From the NCBI GenBank assembly GCA_031297485.1, contig JAISYE010000224.1, positions 1 to 48,123 on the forward strand: a stretch of 48,123 bases of DNA, read 5' to 3'. Each line of letters starts with the position of its first letter. The first letter of the stretch is position 1. Of this stretch, positions 1 through 8,192 are shown piece after piece. The notes beneath the pieces were generated by a model, which ran no database searches, was not told the origin of the DNA, and was given only the letters and a program-made list of their open reading frames with translations. A program made the position numbers and the translations under genes. The stretch is from Clostridiales bacterium (GTDB lineage: Bacteria; Bacillota; Clostridia; Lachnospirales; JAISYE01).

Positions 1-93
1 CAGGTTTATTTCCGTCAGTTCCGGGCAGACAAGTTTTACCCAATCATCCGGTTTGATTTGAAGCAGACGCTTCATTGGAATGTCACTTTTCAC
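1..93 (-). CDS. hypothetical protein, 5' end only (gene runs off window)
   Basis: GTG at 93 with GGAGG 6 nt upstream (rc of 100-104); frame open to position 1 (VKSDIPMKRLLQIKPDDWVKLVCPELTEINL); no family recognised. Confidence 0.3.
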   Translation of the reverse strand, partial: MKSDIPMKRLLQIKPDDWVKLVCPELTEINL

Positions 94-178
94 GCGCGCC
101 CTCCTTTGTTTTGCGCTTGAATTATATCACAGAGTCCGGACAATAGAAACAGCAATTTTTTCACAAACAAATTGGTGT

Positions 179-197
179 GGGCGAACGCGGTTCACCC
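179..197. repeat. REP-like palindrome (GGGCGAAC-N-GTTCGCCC family)
   Basis: GGGCGAACGCGGTTCACCC; intergenic. Confidence 0.7.
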
Positions 198-208
198 CTA
201 TCGTATAT

Positions 209-260
209 TTTAGCGTATTTCGCGGTTCATATACTTCATTTGACCGCGAAATACGCTAAA
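209..260. repeat. perfect 18-bp-arm inverted repeat downstream of cobB
   Basis: TTTAGCGTATTTCGCGGT (209-226) / ACCGCGAAATACGCTAAA (243-260); no U-tract. Confidence 0.7.
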
Positions 261-335
261 GGCCAATACAAGTCGTGGAAAGGTATGTCAGTGATTACGC
301 TGCATTGCAAATGCCATCCGGATAGGGATTAAAAC

Positions 336-1049
336 CTATTTATCCGAACTGCCCAACACTTCGCCGATGTTCCCGCGCAGTATCAGGTCTGACCTTCTGT
401 CCAGCGGCGTCGGGGTACGGTTGATAAGTACGAGCCTGCGCCCGTGGTAGTAATCCGCCAGTCCTGCGGCAGGGTAGACTCCCAGGGATGTGCCGCCCAC
501 AATAAGCATGTCAGCCCTGGTTATAGCCGCCGCCGCGTTTTCCAGCACATGAGCGTCCAGTCCTTCTTCGTACAGCACAACGTCCGGCTTTACTATACCG
601 CCGCAGGAACAGCGAGGCACGCCCTCGCTGTTTACAATAAATTCCAGGCCGTAAAACTTGCCGCAGTTCATGCAATAATTCCTGTGAACAGAGCCGTGCA
701 GCTCAAACACATTCCGGCTGCCGGCAGCCTGGTGCAGTCCGTCTATATTCTGCGTTACAACCGCCTTAATCTTTCCCGCGCCTTCCAAGGCCGCGAGCGC
801 TAAGTGGGCGGCATTGGGCTTCGCGTCAAGGAACAGCATTTTGTGTTTATAAAATCTGTAAAATTCCTCTGGGTTCCTCATAAAGAAGCTGTGGGAAATA
901 ATCGTTTCAGGGGGATACTTATACTGCTGGTTGTACAGCCCGTCCACACTTCTGAAATCCGGTATGCCGCTTTCAGTGGAAACACCCGCGCCGCCAAAAA
1001 ACACTATGTTGTTCGAATCCTCTATCAACCGTTGAAGTTCGGCGTTCAT
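336..1049 (-). CDS. cobB: NAD-dependent protein deacylase (Sir2/CobB family)
   Basis: 237-aa ORF with Sir2 signatures GAGVSTESGIPDFRS, QNIDGLH and a Cys zinc ribbon (CMNC...CSC); ATG overlaps upstream stop (TAATG). Confidence 0.9.
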   Translation of the reverse strand: MNAELQRLIEDSNNIVFFGGAGVSTESGIPDFRSVDGLYNQQYKYPPETIISHSFFMRNPEEFYRFYKHKMLFLDAKPNAAHLALAALEGAGKIKAVVTQNIDGLHQAAGSRNVFELHGSVHRNYCMNCGKFYGLEFIVNSEGVPRCSCGGIVKPDVVLYEEGLDAHVLENAAAAITRADMLIVGGTSLGVYPAAGLADYYHGRRLVLINRTPTPLDRRSDLILRGNIGEVLGSSDK

Positions 1050-2152
1050 TAACGCACCTCCTCAAGATAGTAGTTTTGCGTGCCGAGTCCGGCCTTTTCC
1101 AGTTCGTTTAGCTGCACATACGGGTTCTTGCCGTGTAGCCGCTCCAGTAAATGTCCCGCTGCCCCCAGTTCCATTCCAATAGGAATTCCGTTGGGCAGTA
1201 AATTTTCAACTTTAATGGCGTCCACAGACGCGCGCTCTATCGCCACAATGTCCTCGGAGGCGTAAATGCCTATGTCCGGCACCAGCGCGGGTGTGGAAAG
1301 CCCCCAGCAGTCGCACAGCGCCGTAATGTTAGTCAGGAAATTTATATAGTACACGTTTGAGACCGAAGCTTTAGGGTCTTGTTCAAAGGTGTCAAGCACA
1401 GTCTTTGTACAAAGCGCCATACCGATTTGAAAATCCTCGTATTGATTGGAGGCTGTCATTGTTATAGCGCCTGTGGGACAGACCTTGACACAATGCTGGC
1501 AGTAAGTGCAGTGATGGTAATTTACGGAATATCTGTCGTCCGCAAAGCTGTTGGCGGAATGGTTGCAGCCCCTTATACACAACTCGCAGTGCACGCATTT
1601 TTCCGCGTTCCAGTCCAAGCCCCCTTCCAGACCGTGTATCTGCTGACGGGTGCGTGTGGTTACGCAGCCCATCGCTATATTTTTGCACGCGCCGCCAAAC
1701 CCGCAGGAACCATGCCCCTTCACATGGGAAAGGTCCACCATGAAATCTGCGTCGTGTATGTGGCCGGCCACGTCTACATTTTTAAATGTCTTGAAGGATA
1801 CGGTCTTGGGATAAAAATATTTTTCAGTGGCACCGCAGGCGTCTACCACCTGGCAGCCCAAAAATTCCCGGGTGTATCCCCTGTTGGCGGCGCCGTCGGT
1901 TTCCTGGTCCGTTATGAATACTTTTGCGCCATAGGACTTTAATTTCTCCACAAGGGTTTTTACAAACAGGGGATGTATGGTGGTGTAGCCAATGTCGCGG
2001 CCGAGATGCATCTTTATGGCCGTAACCTTTCCGCTTACCCTGGCGGCTAAGGGTGTTTCGTCTATCAGCCGGGAAAACTTGGCGGGCAGGGTCGCGTCTG
2101 CGTCGTACCGTTCGTAATTGGAGGACGCGAATAATATTTTGGAATTTTTCAT
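1049..2152 (-). CDS. DUF362-domain iron-sulfur protein with two 4Fe-4S ferredoxin motifs
   Basis: 367-aa ORF; DUF362-like N-terminal part and CVHCELCIRGC / CTYCQHCVKVCP cluster motifs; translationally coupled to cobB. Confidence 0.75.
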   Translation of the reverse strand: MKNSKILFASSNYERYDADATLPAKFSRLIDETPLAARVSGKVTAIKMHLGRDIGYTTIHPLFVKTLVEKLKSYGAKVFITDQETDGAANRGYTREFLGCQVVDACGATEKYFYPKTVSFKTFKNVDVAGHIHDADFMVDLSHVKGHGSCGFGGACKNIAMGCVTTRTRQQIHGLEGGLDWNAEKCVHCELCIRGCNHSANSFADDRYSVNYHHCTYCQHCVKVCPTGAITMTASNQYEDFQIGMALCTKTVLDTFEQDPKASVSNVYYINFLTNITALCDCWGLSTPALVPDIGIYASEDIVAIERASVDAIKVENLLPNGIPIGMELGAAGHLLERLHGKNPYVQLNELEKAGLGTQNYYLEEVR

Positions 2153-2165
2153 ATCAAGCTCCTTT

Positions 2166-2257
2166 CTAAGGCGTGTTTGAAAATTCCTTAAAGCGCGAAA
2201 TTTCGAATGAAACCGCCGTAATTACGCGCTGGAATCCAATTTTCAAACACGTCTAGG
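2166..2257 (+). mobile_element. MITE family 1 (CTAAGGCGTGTTTGAAAAT ... ATTTTCAAACACGTCCTAG), copy a
   Basis: About 90 bp; terminal inverted repeats plus internal GCGCGAAAT/ATTTCGCGC palindrome; TA at both ends. Confidence 0.85.
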
Positions 2258-2277
2258 AATGATGAATTAATTAAACG

Positions 2278-2354
2278 CCAAACTTTTTCACAGGAAATGC
2301 GAACGCTTCAACCCATTTCGTCGAGCAAGCTCGACTATCTCCGAAAAAGTTTGG
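2278..2354. repeat. 77-bp palindromic element with 12-bp termini CCAAACTTTTTC / GAAAAAGTTTGG
   Basis: Contains the same GTCGAGCAAGCTCGACTATC module (2320-2339) that is nested in MITE copy e. Confidence 0.6.
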
Positions 2355-2375
2355 TATCTTATATTTTCGTCATTC

Positions 2376-4373
2376 CTATCTGTTTAGCAGCCGCAAGGCG
2401 CGCCGCACAATATTCTCAACCGTGAAGCCGTATTTTTTGAACAAATCCCCAAATGGTCCGGAGGCACCAAAGGTGTCTATGGCGATTATATCGCCGTCCA
2501 GGCCGGTGTACTTGTGCCAGCCCTGGGACACGCCGGCCTCCACCGCCAGTCTGGCCCGCACGGCTTTCGGCAGTACGGATTCTTTGTAGCTTTCCGGCTG
2601 TTCCTCGAAAATCTCAAGGGACGGCATGCTGGCCACCCGCGTCTTTACGCCCTTCTGCTCCAGGAGGTCATAGGCTTCGTATATAAGCTGCACCTCCGAG
2701 CCTGTGGCCATTAAAATAATATCCGGCGTCTCCCAGCCGCGCAGAATATACCCGCCTTTTAACGCGCCGCGCCCGGTTTCCGGCAGCAGCTTTGTAGTCT
2801 GACGCGTAAGCGCGATGGCTGTGGGGCTGTTTGTCCTGGTCAGCGCCAGGTACCAGGCGGCCGCTGTTTCCTTGGTGTCGCAGGGACGTATGACAGTCTG
2901 ACCCGGTATGCCGCGCAGCGAGGCCAGCTGCTCCACGGGCTGATGTGTCGGGCCGTCCTCGCCGACTCCTATGCTGTCGTGGGTAAGCACGCTTATCACA
3001 GGCAGCCCCATCAGCGCGGAGAGGCGCATGGCGGGCTTCATATAGTCGCTGAACACCATAAACCCGGACATATACGGCCTAAGACCGCCGTGCAGGGCTA
3101 TGCCGTTGGCAATGGCTGTCATGGCGTGCTCCCGTATACCGAAATGGAGATTGGCTCCTGTGGGGTTTTCTTTTGAAAAATCGCCCCGGCCCTTCATTAT
3201 GGTCTTGGTGGAGGGCGCAAGGTCAGCCGAACCGCCGAAAAGGTTCGGCACAAGCCGCGCGGCTTTGTTCAGCACAATTTCAGAGGACAGCCGCGTAGCC
3301 AGGTCCTTGTCATAATCCCAGAAATCGCCGGCCTCAAAGGGGGCTGGGTCAACAGCGTCGTGCCAGGCTTCCCATTCCGCGTAATCCTCGGGGTAATTCT
3401 GTTGGTATGATGCCACAAGGCTGTTCCAATCGTCCTCAAATCTTTCAAGACCGGCGCGTAGGGTTTCAATATGCGCCCGCACTTCGTCCGGCACATAGAA
3501 GCTGTCTGTAAAGGGCCAGCCTAGGTTTGCCTTTGCCGCTTGTATTTCGTCACGGCCCAGAGGTTCGCCGTGGGCGGAGGGCTTGCCCTGCTTGTTGGGC
3601 GCTCCGCAGCCGATGATGGTTTTTATCTCAATCAGGCTTGGCCGCTCGGTTTCGCGCTTCGCGGCCTTAATGGCGCCGGCAATGGCGTCTAGGTCGCTGC
3701 CGTCAGGCACAAGCTGGACATGCCAGCCATAGGCTTCAAACCGCTGGCGGACATTCTCTCTGAAGGCTATTTTCGTGTCGCCCTCAATGGTTATATTGTT
3801 GGAATCGTAGAGCACAATCAGCTTGCCCAGCCCCAGCGTGCCCGCCAGGGACGCGGCCTCGGCGGATATACCCTCCATCAGGCAGCCGTCGCCGCAAAGA
3901 GCAAAGGTGTAATGGCTGACTATATCGTGGCCGGGCCGGTTGAATTTTGCGGCCAGGTATTTTTCCGCCAAGGCCATGCCCGCGGCGTTGGCTATGCCTT
4001 GGCCCAGCGGGCCGGTTGTGGCTTCCACTCCGGTTGTGTGGCCGTATTCCGGATGTCCGGGGGTCTTGCTTCCGGTTTGGCGAAAGTTTTTCAGGTCGTT
4101 TAAGGACAGTCCGTAGCCGAACAGGTGCAGCAGTGAGTACAGCAGCGTGGAGCCGTGCCCGGCTGACAGCACGAATCGGTCCCGGTCAGGCCAATGAGGA
4201 TTGGCGGGGTTGTGCCGTAAAATTTTCGACCAGAGGGCATAGGCCGCGGGCGCGGCGCCCATCGGCAGGCCCGGGTGTCCGGAGTTGGCCTCCTGGATGG
4301 CTTCCGCGCACAGCAGGCGGATGGTGTTGACAGACAGCGTATCAATCGAAATCGGAACTTTCGGTGTTTGCAT
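2376..4373 (-). CDS. tkt: transketolase
   Basis: 665 aa with TPP-binding motifs ([12 protein letters not shown]) over full length; start trimmed to ATG 4373 (MQTPK), which has AGGAGG 7 nt upstream; ORF-track start 4433 has no RBS. Confidence 0.93.
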   Translation of the reverse strand: MQTPKVPISIDTLSVNTIRLLCAEAIQEANSGHPGLPMGAAPAAYALWSKILRHNPANPHWPDRDRFVLSAGHGSTLLYSLLHLFGYGLSLNDLKNFRQTGSKTPGHPEYGHTTGVEATTGPLGQGIANAAGMALAEKYLAAKFNRPGHDIVSHYTFALCGDGCLMEGISAEAASLAGTLGLGKLIVLYDSNNITIEGDTKIAFRENVRQRFEAYGWHVQLVPDGSDLDAIAGAIKAAKRETERPSLIEIKTIIGCGAPNKQGKPSAHGEPLGRDEIQAAKANLGWPFTDSFYVPDEVRAHIETLRAGLERFEDDWNSLVASYQQNYPEDYAEWEAWHDAVDPAPFEAGDFWDYDKDLATRLSSEIVLNKAARLVPNLFGGSADLAPSTKTIMKGRGDFSKENPTGANLHFGIREHAMTAIANGIALHGGLRPYMSGFMVFSDYMKPAMRLSALMGLPVISVLTHDSIGVGEDGPTHQPVEQLASLRGIPGQTVIRPCDTKETAAAWYLALTRTNSPTAIALTRQTTKLLPETGRGALKGGYILRGWETPDIILMATGSEVQLIYEAYDLLEQKGVKTRVASMPSLEIFEEQPESYKESVLPKAVRARLAVEAGVSQGWHKYTGLDGDIIAIDTFGASGPFGDLFKKYGFTVENIVRRALRLLNR

Positions 4374-4468
4374 AACTTTACCTCCTATAATGTTTAACGT
4401 ATACTTCAGACTAATTATAAAGTAAAATACCAAGAAATGAAACTATTTTAATTTTAAGGAGAAGAGAA

Positions 4469-5002
4469 ATGGAGCCCTATTCATTAATTGAAAGCAAGGA
4501 AACCTACCGCGGTAAGATTATCACGGTAAACATGGACACGATTATGCTGCCTAACGGTGAGAGGACTGTGCGGGAGATAGTGCGGCGGGGCGGGGCGGCG
4601 GCTGTTTTGCCGGTAGACGCGAACGGGAACATAATTTTTGTGCGGCAGTACCGCCATCCGGCCCGGGCATTTACGCTGGAACTACCCGCCGGAATGCTGG
4701 ACGAAGGGGAGGAGCCGGAAGCCTGCGCGCGCCGCGAATTGGAGGAAGAGACCGGTATGGTGGCCGGCGAAATCCGCCCGTTTTTTAAAATGTACCCTAC
4801 AATAGGGCTGTGTGACGAAACGCTCCACTTATTTCTGGCCAGTGACCTGCGGCAAGGCACCCAGCACACGGACCCGGATGAATTTGTGGAAGTTGAGCGC
4901 TACTCGCCGGAAGAGGCCGCCGCCATGATTTTCGACGGCAGGATAATGGATGGGAAGACTATTGCCGGTGTACTGGCGTACCTGTACATCGGGCGGAAGT
5001 AA
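4469..5002 (+). CDS. nudF: NUDIX hydrolase (ADP-ribose pyrophosphatase type)
   Basis: 177 aa; Nudix box GMLDEGEEPEACARRELEEETG; AGGAG upstream. Confidence 0.8.
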   Translation: MEPYSLIESKETYRGKIITVNMDTIMLPNGERTVREIVRRGGAAAVLPVDANGNIIFVRQYRHPARAFTLELPAGMLDEGEEPEACARRELEEETGMVAGEIRPFFKMYPTIGLCDETLHLFLASDLRQGTQHTDPDEFVEVERYSPEEAAAMIFDGRIMDGKTIAGVLAYLYIGRK

Positions 5003-5025
5003 TACAGAACGGTTGGGAAGACAAG

Positions 5026-5066
5026 TTTGGCGCGCCGTGTAAGATTCGCGGCGCGCCGAAAATTTA
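5026..5066 (+). terminator. possible nudF terminator hairpin (weak U-tract)
   Basis: 9-bp GC stem GGCGCGCCG (5029-5037) / CGGCGCGCC (5049-5057) followed by GAAAATTTAATTT. Confidence 0.3.
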
Positions 5067-5070
5067 ATTT

Positions 5071-5113
5071 AGGGCTTATCCCTGAATAAAACAGAATGGC
5101 TTAAATGCTTGAG
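5071..5113 (+). repeat. repeat family 2 (AGGGCTTATCCCTGAATAAA...), truncated copy
   Basis: Matches the first ~40 nt of 10294..10394. Confidence 0.6.
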
Positions 5114-5206
5114 AGTTCAAAGCGCTCCAAAGTTTACCATAATAAGTACAGGCTTATGGTTAAGCACACTCTTGAAACCCATCCATAATGTCTCTGCCGT
5201 ATTTTT

Positions 5207-5510
5207 TTAAGGCGTGTTTGAAAATTCCTCAGGAGAATGTTTTTTTATCGTGTAAATGCTTCCGCGCTTTTCGACACTCCAAAGAAAAAGAATGGGTTTA
5301 TCGCTTTGAGCGCCACCAGCAACAAACTGCCTCTAATCCAGTATTTACGCCAAAATCCATATTAATTGCCGGTCCGTAAACAGGTCCCTGAACATGAATT
5401 TACCGTCAAGGCTTATTGTCGATTTATGGAAGATACACAATATTATAAACACACCCTTCCTTAGAGTGCGAAACTTCGGATGAAATCGCTGCAATTTAGC
5501 GAATGAATAT
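5207..5510 (+). mobile_element. MITE family 1, split/degenerate copy b (left TIR 5207-5233, internal part 5457-5510, right TIR missing)
   Basis: TTAAGGCGTGTTTGAAAATTCCT, then about 225 unrelated bp, then CCTTAGAGTGCGAAACTTCGGATGAAATCGCTGCAATTTAGCGAATG. Confidence 0.55.
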
Positions 5511-5530
5511 TGCTTTTTGCCGTAATTTCA

Positions 5531-6214
5531 TTATTCACCATTTTTTATTTCCTCATATTTCTTTTTTATTTTTTCCCAATCTTTTTTGCCTTTATTCTTT
5601 TCAATCAATTCTTGCAATTCCATTATTTCTTTTTCCCTCTTCTTTAGTTCAAGTTTAATTAATAACAATTTACCTTTATCTAATTCGCTGAGAGTTTCTT
5701 TATATTCCTCGGTTTTTTCTATAATCTTTTCCGCCATTTCATAGTCTTCCTTAGAATATACTATATCATACAATATAGATAATTTTCTTGATTGTTCTTT
5801 ATTATCAAATGTCCGAAAGAAAGGAGTTTCTTCCCCGTTATTTGCTGTCCCAATATAAAAAGTATTTCCACTTGGATCTACCATTGTAAAGCGCCTATCT
5901 TCTTGTAAAAGCCTTATTTTTGATAGCCTAGGTATGCCTGTTTGAGGTATTTTTTGATTATTTTTTTTAAGTTTTTTAGTAAATTCATCATGAAGTTTTT
6001 CCACATTTTCCACATCAATATAATTCATAACGGCATTTTCATTTACCAACAACCCTTTGTTTAACCAAAAATGCAATACAATATTATTGTATTTTAGTAC
6101 AAGATAATTTCTTGCATGAATACTTATTGTTTCGAATCCAATATTATTATAAAAATTTAATTGTTCTTCCATATTTATATATGGTAATATAGGAATAACT
6201 TTTTCCATAAGCAA
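5531..6214 (-). CDS. VOC / bleomycin-resistance-like (glyoxalase fold) protein with K/E-rich coiled-coil C-terminus
   Basis: 227-aa ORF in a very AT-rich island. N-terminal ~125 aa follow the Ble/glyoxalase pattern (PILPY.N..E.L.FY..IGF ... VLHFW ... FTMVDPSGNTFYIG). Has its own RBS and promoter. Confidence 0.5.
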   Translation of the reverse strand: MLMEKVIPILPYINMEEQLNFYNNIGFETISIHARNYLVLKYNNIVLHFWLNKGLLVNENAVMNYIDVENVEKLHDEFTKKLKKNNQKIPQTGIPRLSKIRLLQEDRRFTMVDPSGNTFYIGTANNGEETPFFRTFDNKEQSRKLSILYDIVYSKEDYEMAEKIIEKTEEYKETLSELDKGKLLLIKLELKKREKEIMELQELIEKNKGKKDWEKIKKKYEEIKNGE

Positions 6215-6242
6215 CCTCCTTTTAGTAAACTATACTTTAACC

Positions 6243-6271
6243 ATAGTATACTCTAAGCATAGTTTTGTCAA
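6243..6271 (-). promoter_or_regulatory. sigma-A type promoter of the AT-rich island gene
   Basis: rc reads TTGACA (6266-6271) - 17 nt - TACTAT (6243-6248); alternative TATACT with 15-nt spacing. Confidence 0.5.
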
Positions 6272-6618
6272 TAGTTTTTGTATTATTTTTCAAGAGAGCG
6301 GCAGCCGATTTGTTACTATTCAATATCCGAAAAAAGGGCATAGCAAAAGGCGTCCCTGATTAAAAATTTTTTTAAGAGGCGCACCTAAAAATGATATTTC
6401 GAAGGCGTCCGTGTCTGCTGTAAGACAGGGACCGCCTTCGAAGACTTGTGAAATAGCCGAAAATAAATCTTTGCCGCGTTTTTGGCGGCGGACACAAAGC
6501 TGCGGATCTTCGTGTGGGTTACTATACCATTCCAACTACGGAATAGATTCGAGACCTTTTCTTTCGTTTTCTCCGGCCGCAAATCACCTTCCGACAAATT
6601 GTTCGTAAAGGGCGCCCT

Positions 6619-6769
6619 CTAGGATGTGTTTGAAATGAGAATGCGCGCGCGAGTGCATAGAATAGGCAGGCGCGGAAGCCTTATGGCTGTGCTTACTGGA
6701 TTCCAACGTGAAATTGCAGCGGTTTCATTCGAAATTTCGCGCTCTAAGAAATTTTTAGACACGCCTTAG
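6619..6769 (-). mobile_element. MITE family 1, copy c, carrying a 59-bp insert identical to the spoIIM 5' end
   Basis: CTAGGATGTGTTTGAAA, then the insert at 6636-6694, then CTGGATTCCAACGTGAAATTGCAGCGGTTTCATTCGAAATTTCGCGCTCTAAGAAATTTTTAGACACGCCTTAG. Confidence 0.8.
6636..6694 (+). repeat. 59-bp direct repeat, copy 1 (inside MITE copy c)
   Basis: TGAGAATGCGCGCGCGAGTGCATAGAATAGGCAGGCGCGGAAGCCTTATGGCTGTGCTT, identical to 7005..7063. Confidence 0.9.
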
Positions 6770-7004
6770 AGAAACGCGATTTAAAAGTCTGGTTAATTGG
6801 TATCAAGTTGTACATTCATTCTGATTTAACCGCCGTATACCGAACGGTACGCACAGTGATGTGGGATGTCTACCCGATTGAAAAATGTATTTGTTTGCGA
6901 GTATAACAAGGGCATGCGCGTAATATAGTATATGCAGGGGCGGACTGGCGGGGCTGGAATTTCTCGGTTCACACGCGCTTGCATCCCCGTGATAGAAAGG
7001 GGCT

Positions 7005-7063
7005 TGAGAATGCGCGCGCGAGTGCATAGAATAGGCAGGCGCGGAAGCCTTATGGCTGTGCTT
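7005..7063 (+). repeat. 59-bp direct repeat, copy 2 (spoIIM start codon + first 18 codons)
   Basis: Identical to 6636..6694. Confidence 0.9.
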
Positions 7064-7609
7064 GCGGTGGTTTTCTGCGGGTGCGCCTGCGCGGGCGCGC
7101 TGTACGCGCATACCCTGGGCGCGTCTGCTGGGACTGAAATTTCTAATGGCCTGGAAGAATACTTGCGGCGGTTCAGCGGCCCTTTAATCGACAGGCTTGA
7201 CATTTTTCGCGGAAGTCTTATAAAATACATGAAGACCGTTTTGGCCTTGTGGTTTATGGCCTTTGTGCCTTACGGCGGTTTTTTCGTTTTTTTAATAATA
7301 GCGGCGCGCGGAGTGGCTTATGGTTTTACAACCGCCCTTATTGTAGAGTTGTACGGTCCGCCGGGAATTGTCTGCGCCGCGCTGCTGTACGCGCCCCAAT
7401 GCGTGCTGCTGCCTGCCCTGCTCCTGCTGGCGCGCTGGTCGGTAACCTACTGCAGGGGCCGGAACTTCCGTGGCACGGACGGGACCGGAGTCTCCGTACC
7501 TGACACGGGCGCCGTCGCGGCTCTCGCCTTAAGCTGCGCTGCCGCAGTAATAGCCGGGCTGGCTGATTCTTTTGCCGTGCCTGTGTTCATAAGAGGCTTG
7601 CTGAACTGA
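7010..7609 (+). CDS. spoIIM: stage II sporulation protein M
   Basis: Polytopic membrane protein matching the SpoIIM pattern (LWFMAFVPYGGFFVFLIIAARGVAYGFTTA...). Start trimmed to ATG 7010 (MRARV), with GAAAGGGG about 8 nt upstream. Confidence 0.7.
   Translation: MRARVHRIGRRGSLMAVLAVVFCGCACAGALYAHTLGASAGTEISNGLEEYLRRFSGPLIDRLDIFRGSLIKYMKTVLALWFMAFVPYGGFFVFLIIAARGVAYGFTTALIVELYGPPGIVCAALLYAPQCVLLPALLLLARWSVTYCRGRNFRGTDGTGVSVPDTGAVAALALSCAAAVIAGLADSFAVPVFIRGLLN
7455..7472. repeat. in-frame 18-nt palindromic unit (GGGGCCGGAACTTCCGGC family) in spoIIM
   Basis: GGGGCCGGAACTTCCGTG, read as RGRNFRG; a weaker second copy GGGACCGGAGTCTCCG lies at 7481-7496. Confidence 0.8.
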
Positions 7610-7623
7610 AGGGAAATGATATT

Positions 7624-8133
7624 ATGGATTTTACTTATTTGCTTGAAAAGGGATTAAAAAATTTGTCAGGCGCGGGCGCGTTCCTTACCGCCGGGGATGG
7701 GCGGACACAATCCGCTCCCGCGGGCGCCGGCGTAAATACCATGACAATATCCTGGGGCTTTGTGGGCTTTATATGGGCCAAGCCCCACTTTATAACAGTG
7801 GTGCGCCCTCAGCGCTACACACGTACATTACTCGACGCGGGCGACAGCTTTACAATAAGCGTACCTTTCGACGGCACTCTTAAGGAAGAACTGGCCATTT
7901 GCGGAACCCAGTCGGGCAGGGACATAAATAAGGCGGAGATAGTGCGGTTTATTCCCGCCAGGTCTGTGGCCAGCCCGATAGTAGCGGGCTGCGGCCTGTA
8001 CTATGAATGCTTGAAAAAACACGCCCAGCCCATTGACGGCGAACTTCTGCCCAAGGAGATTAAAGGAAATTTTTATAATGAGGATTTTCACATTATGTAT
8101 TGCGGTGAGATAGTCGAATGCTATTCGCTGTAA
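7624..8133 (+). CDS. flavin reductase-like (FMN-binding split-barrel) protein
   Basis: 169 aa; NTMTISWGFVGFIW..., FITVVRPQRYT pattern typical of the flavin reductase-like domain; 14 nt after spoIIM. Confidence 0.65.
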   Translation: MDFTYLLEKGLKNLSGAGAFLTAGDGRTQSAPAGAGVNTMTISWGFVGFIWAKPHFITVVRPQRYTRTLLDAGDSFTISVPFDGTLKEELAICGTQSGRDINKAEIVRFIPARSVASPIVAGCGLYYECLKKHAQPIDGELLPKEIKGNFYNEDFHIMYCGEIVECYSL

Positions 8134-8145
8134 AAATTTGCGCGC

Positions 8146-8184
8146 AATAAAAGCCGTGGGGCACAACTCCCCCACGGCTTTCGT
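8146..8184. terminator. bidirectional rho-independent terminator between convergent genes
   Basis: Stem GCCGTGGGG (8153-8161) / CCCCACGGC (8169-8177), A-run upstream and TTTCGTT downstream. Confidence 0.65.
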
Positions 8185-8192
8185 TATTGGCC

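Noticed and set aside
17-30. CAGTTCCGGGCAGA (rc GCCCGGAACTG, encoding CPELT) as a unit copy in the partial first ORF
   Set aside because: Only half of the palindrome is present and the ORF is unidentified, so it is too weak to count.
336-1049. Sir2-domain protein as a possible anti-phage (Thoeris/DSR-type) effector
   Set aside because: It is a short (237 aa) stand-alone CobB-type deacylase with an intact zinc ribbon. It is translationally coupled to a metabolic Fe-S protein next to tkt. It has no partner sensor domain, TIR, helicase or other defence neighbours.
5188-5379. 63-aa ORF inside the split MITE
   Set aside because: It starts within the MITE terminus, and there is no RBS or recognisable family.
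6320-6608. Three overlapping 65-71-aa ORFs between the AT-rich gene and MITE copy c
   Set aside because: They are mutually exclusive, have no RBS and match no recognisable family. They may be remnants of lost island cargo but are not supportable as genes.
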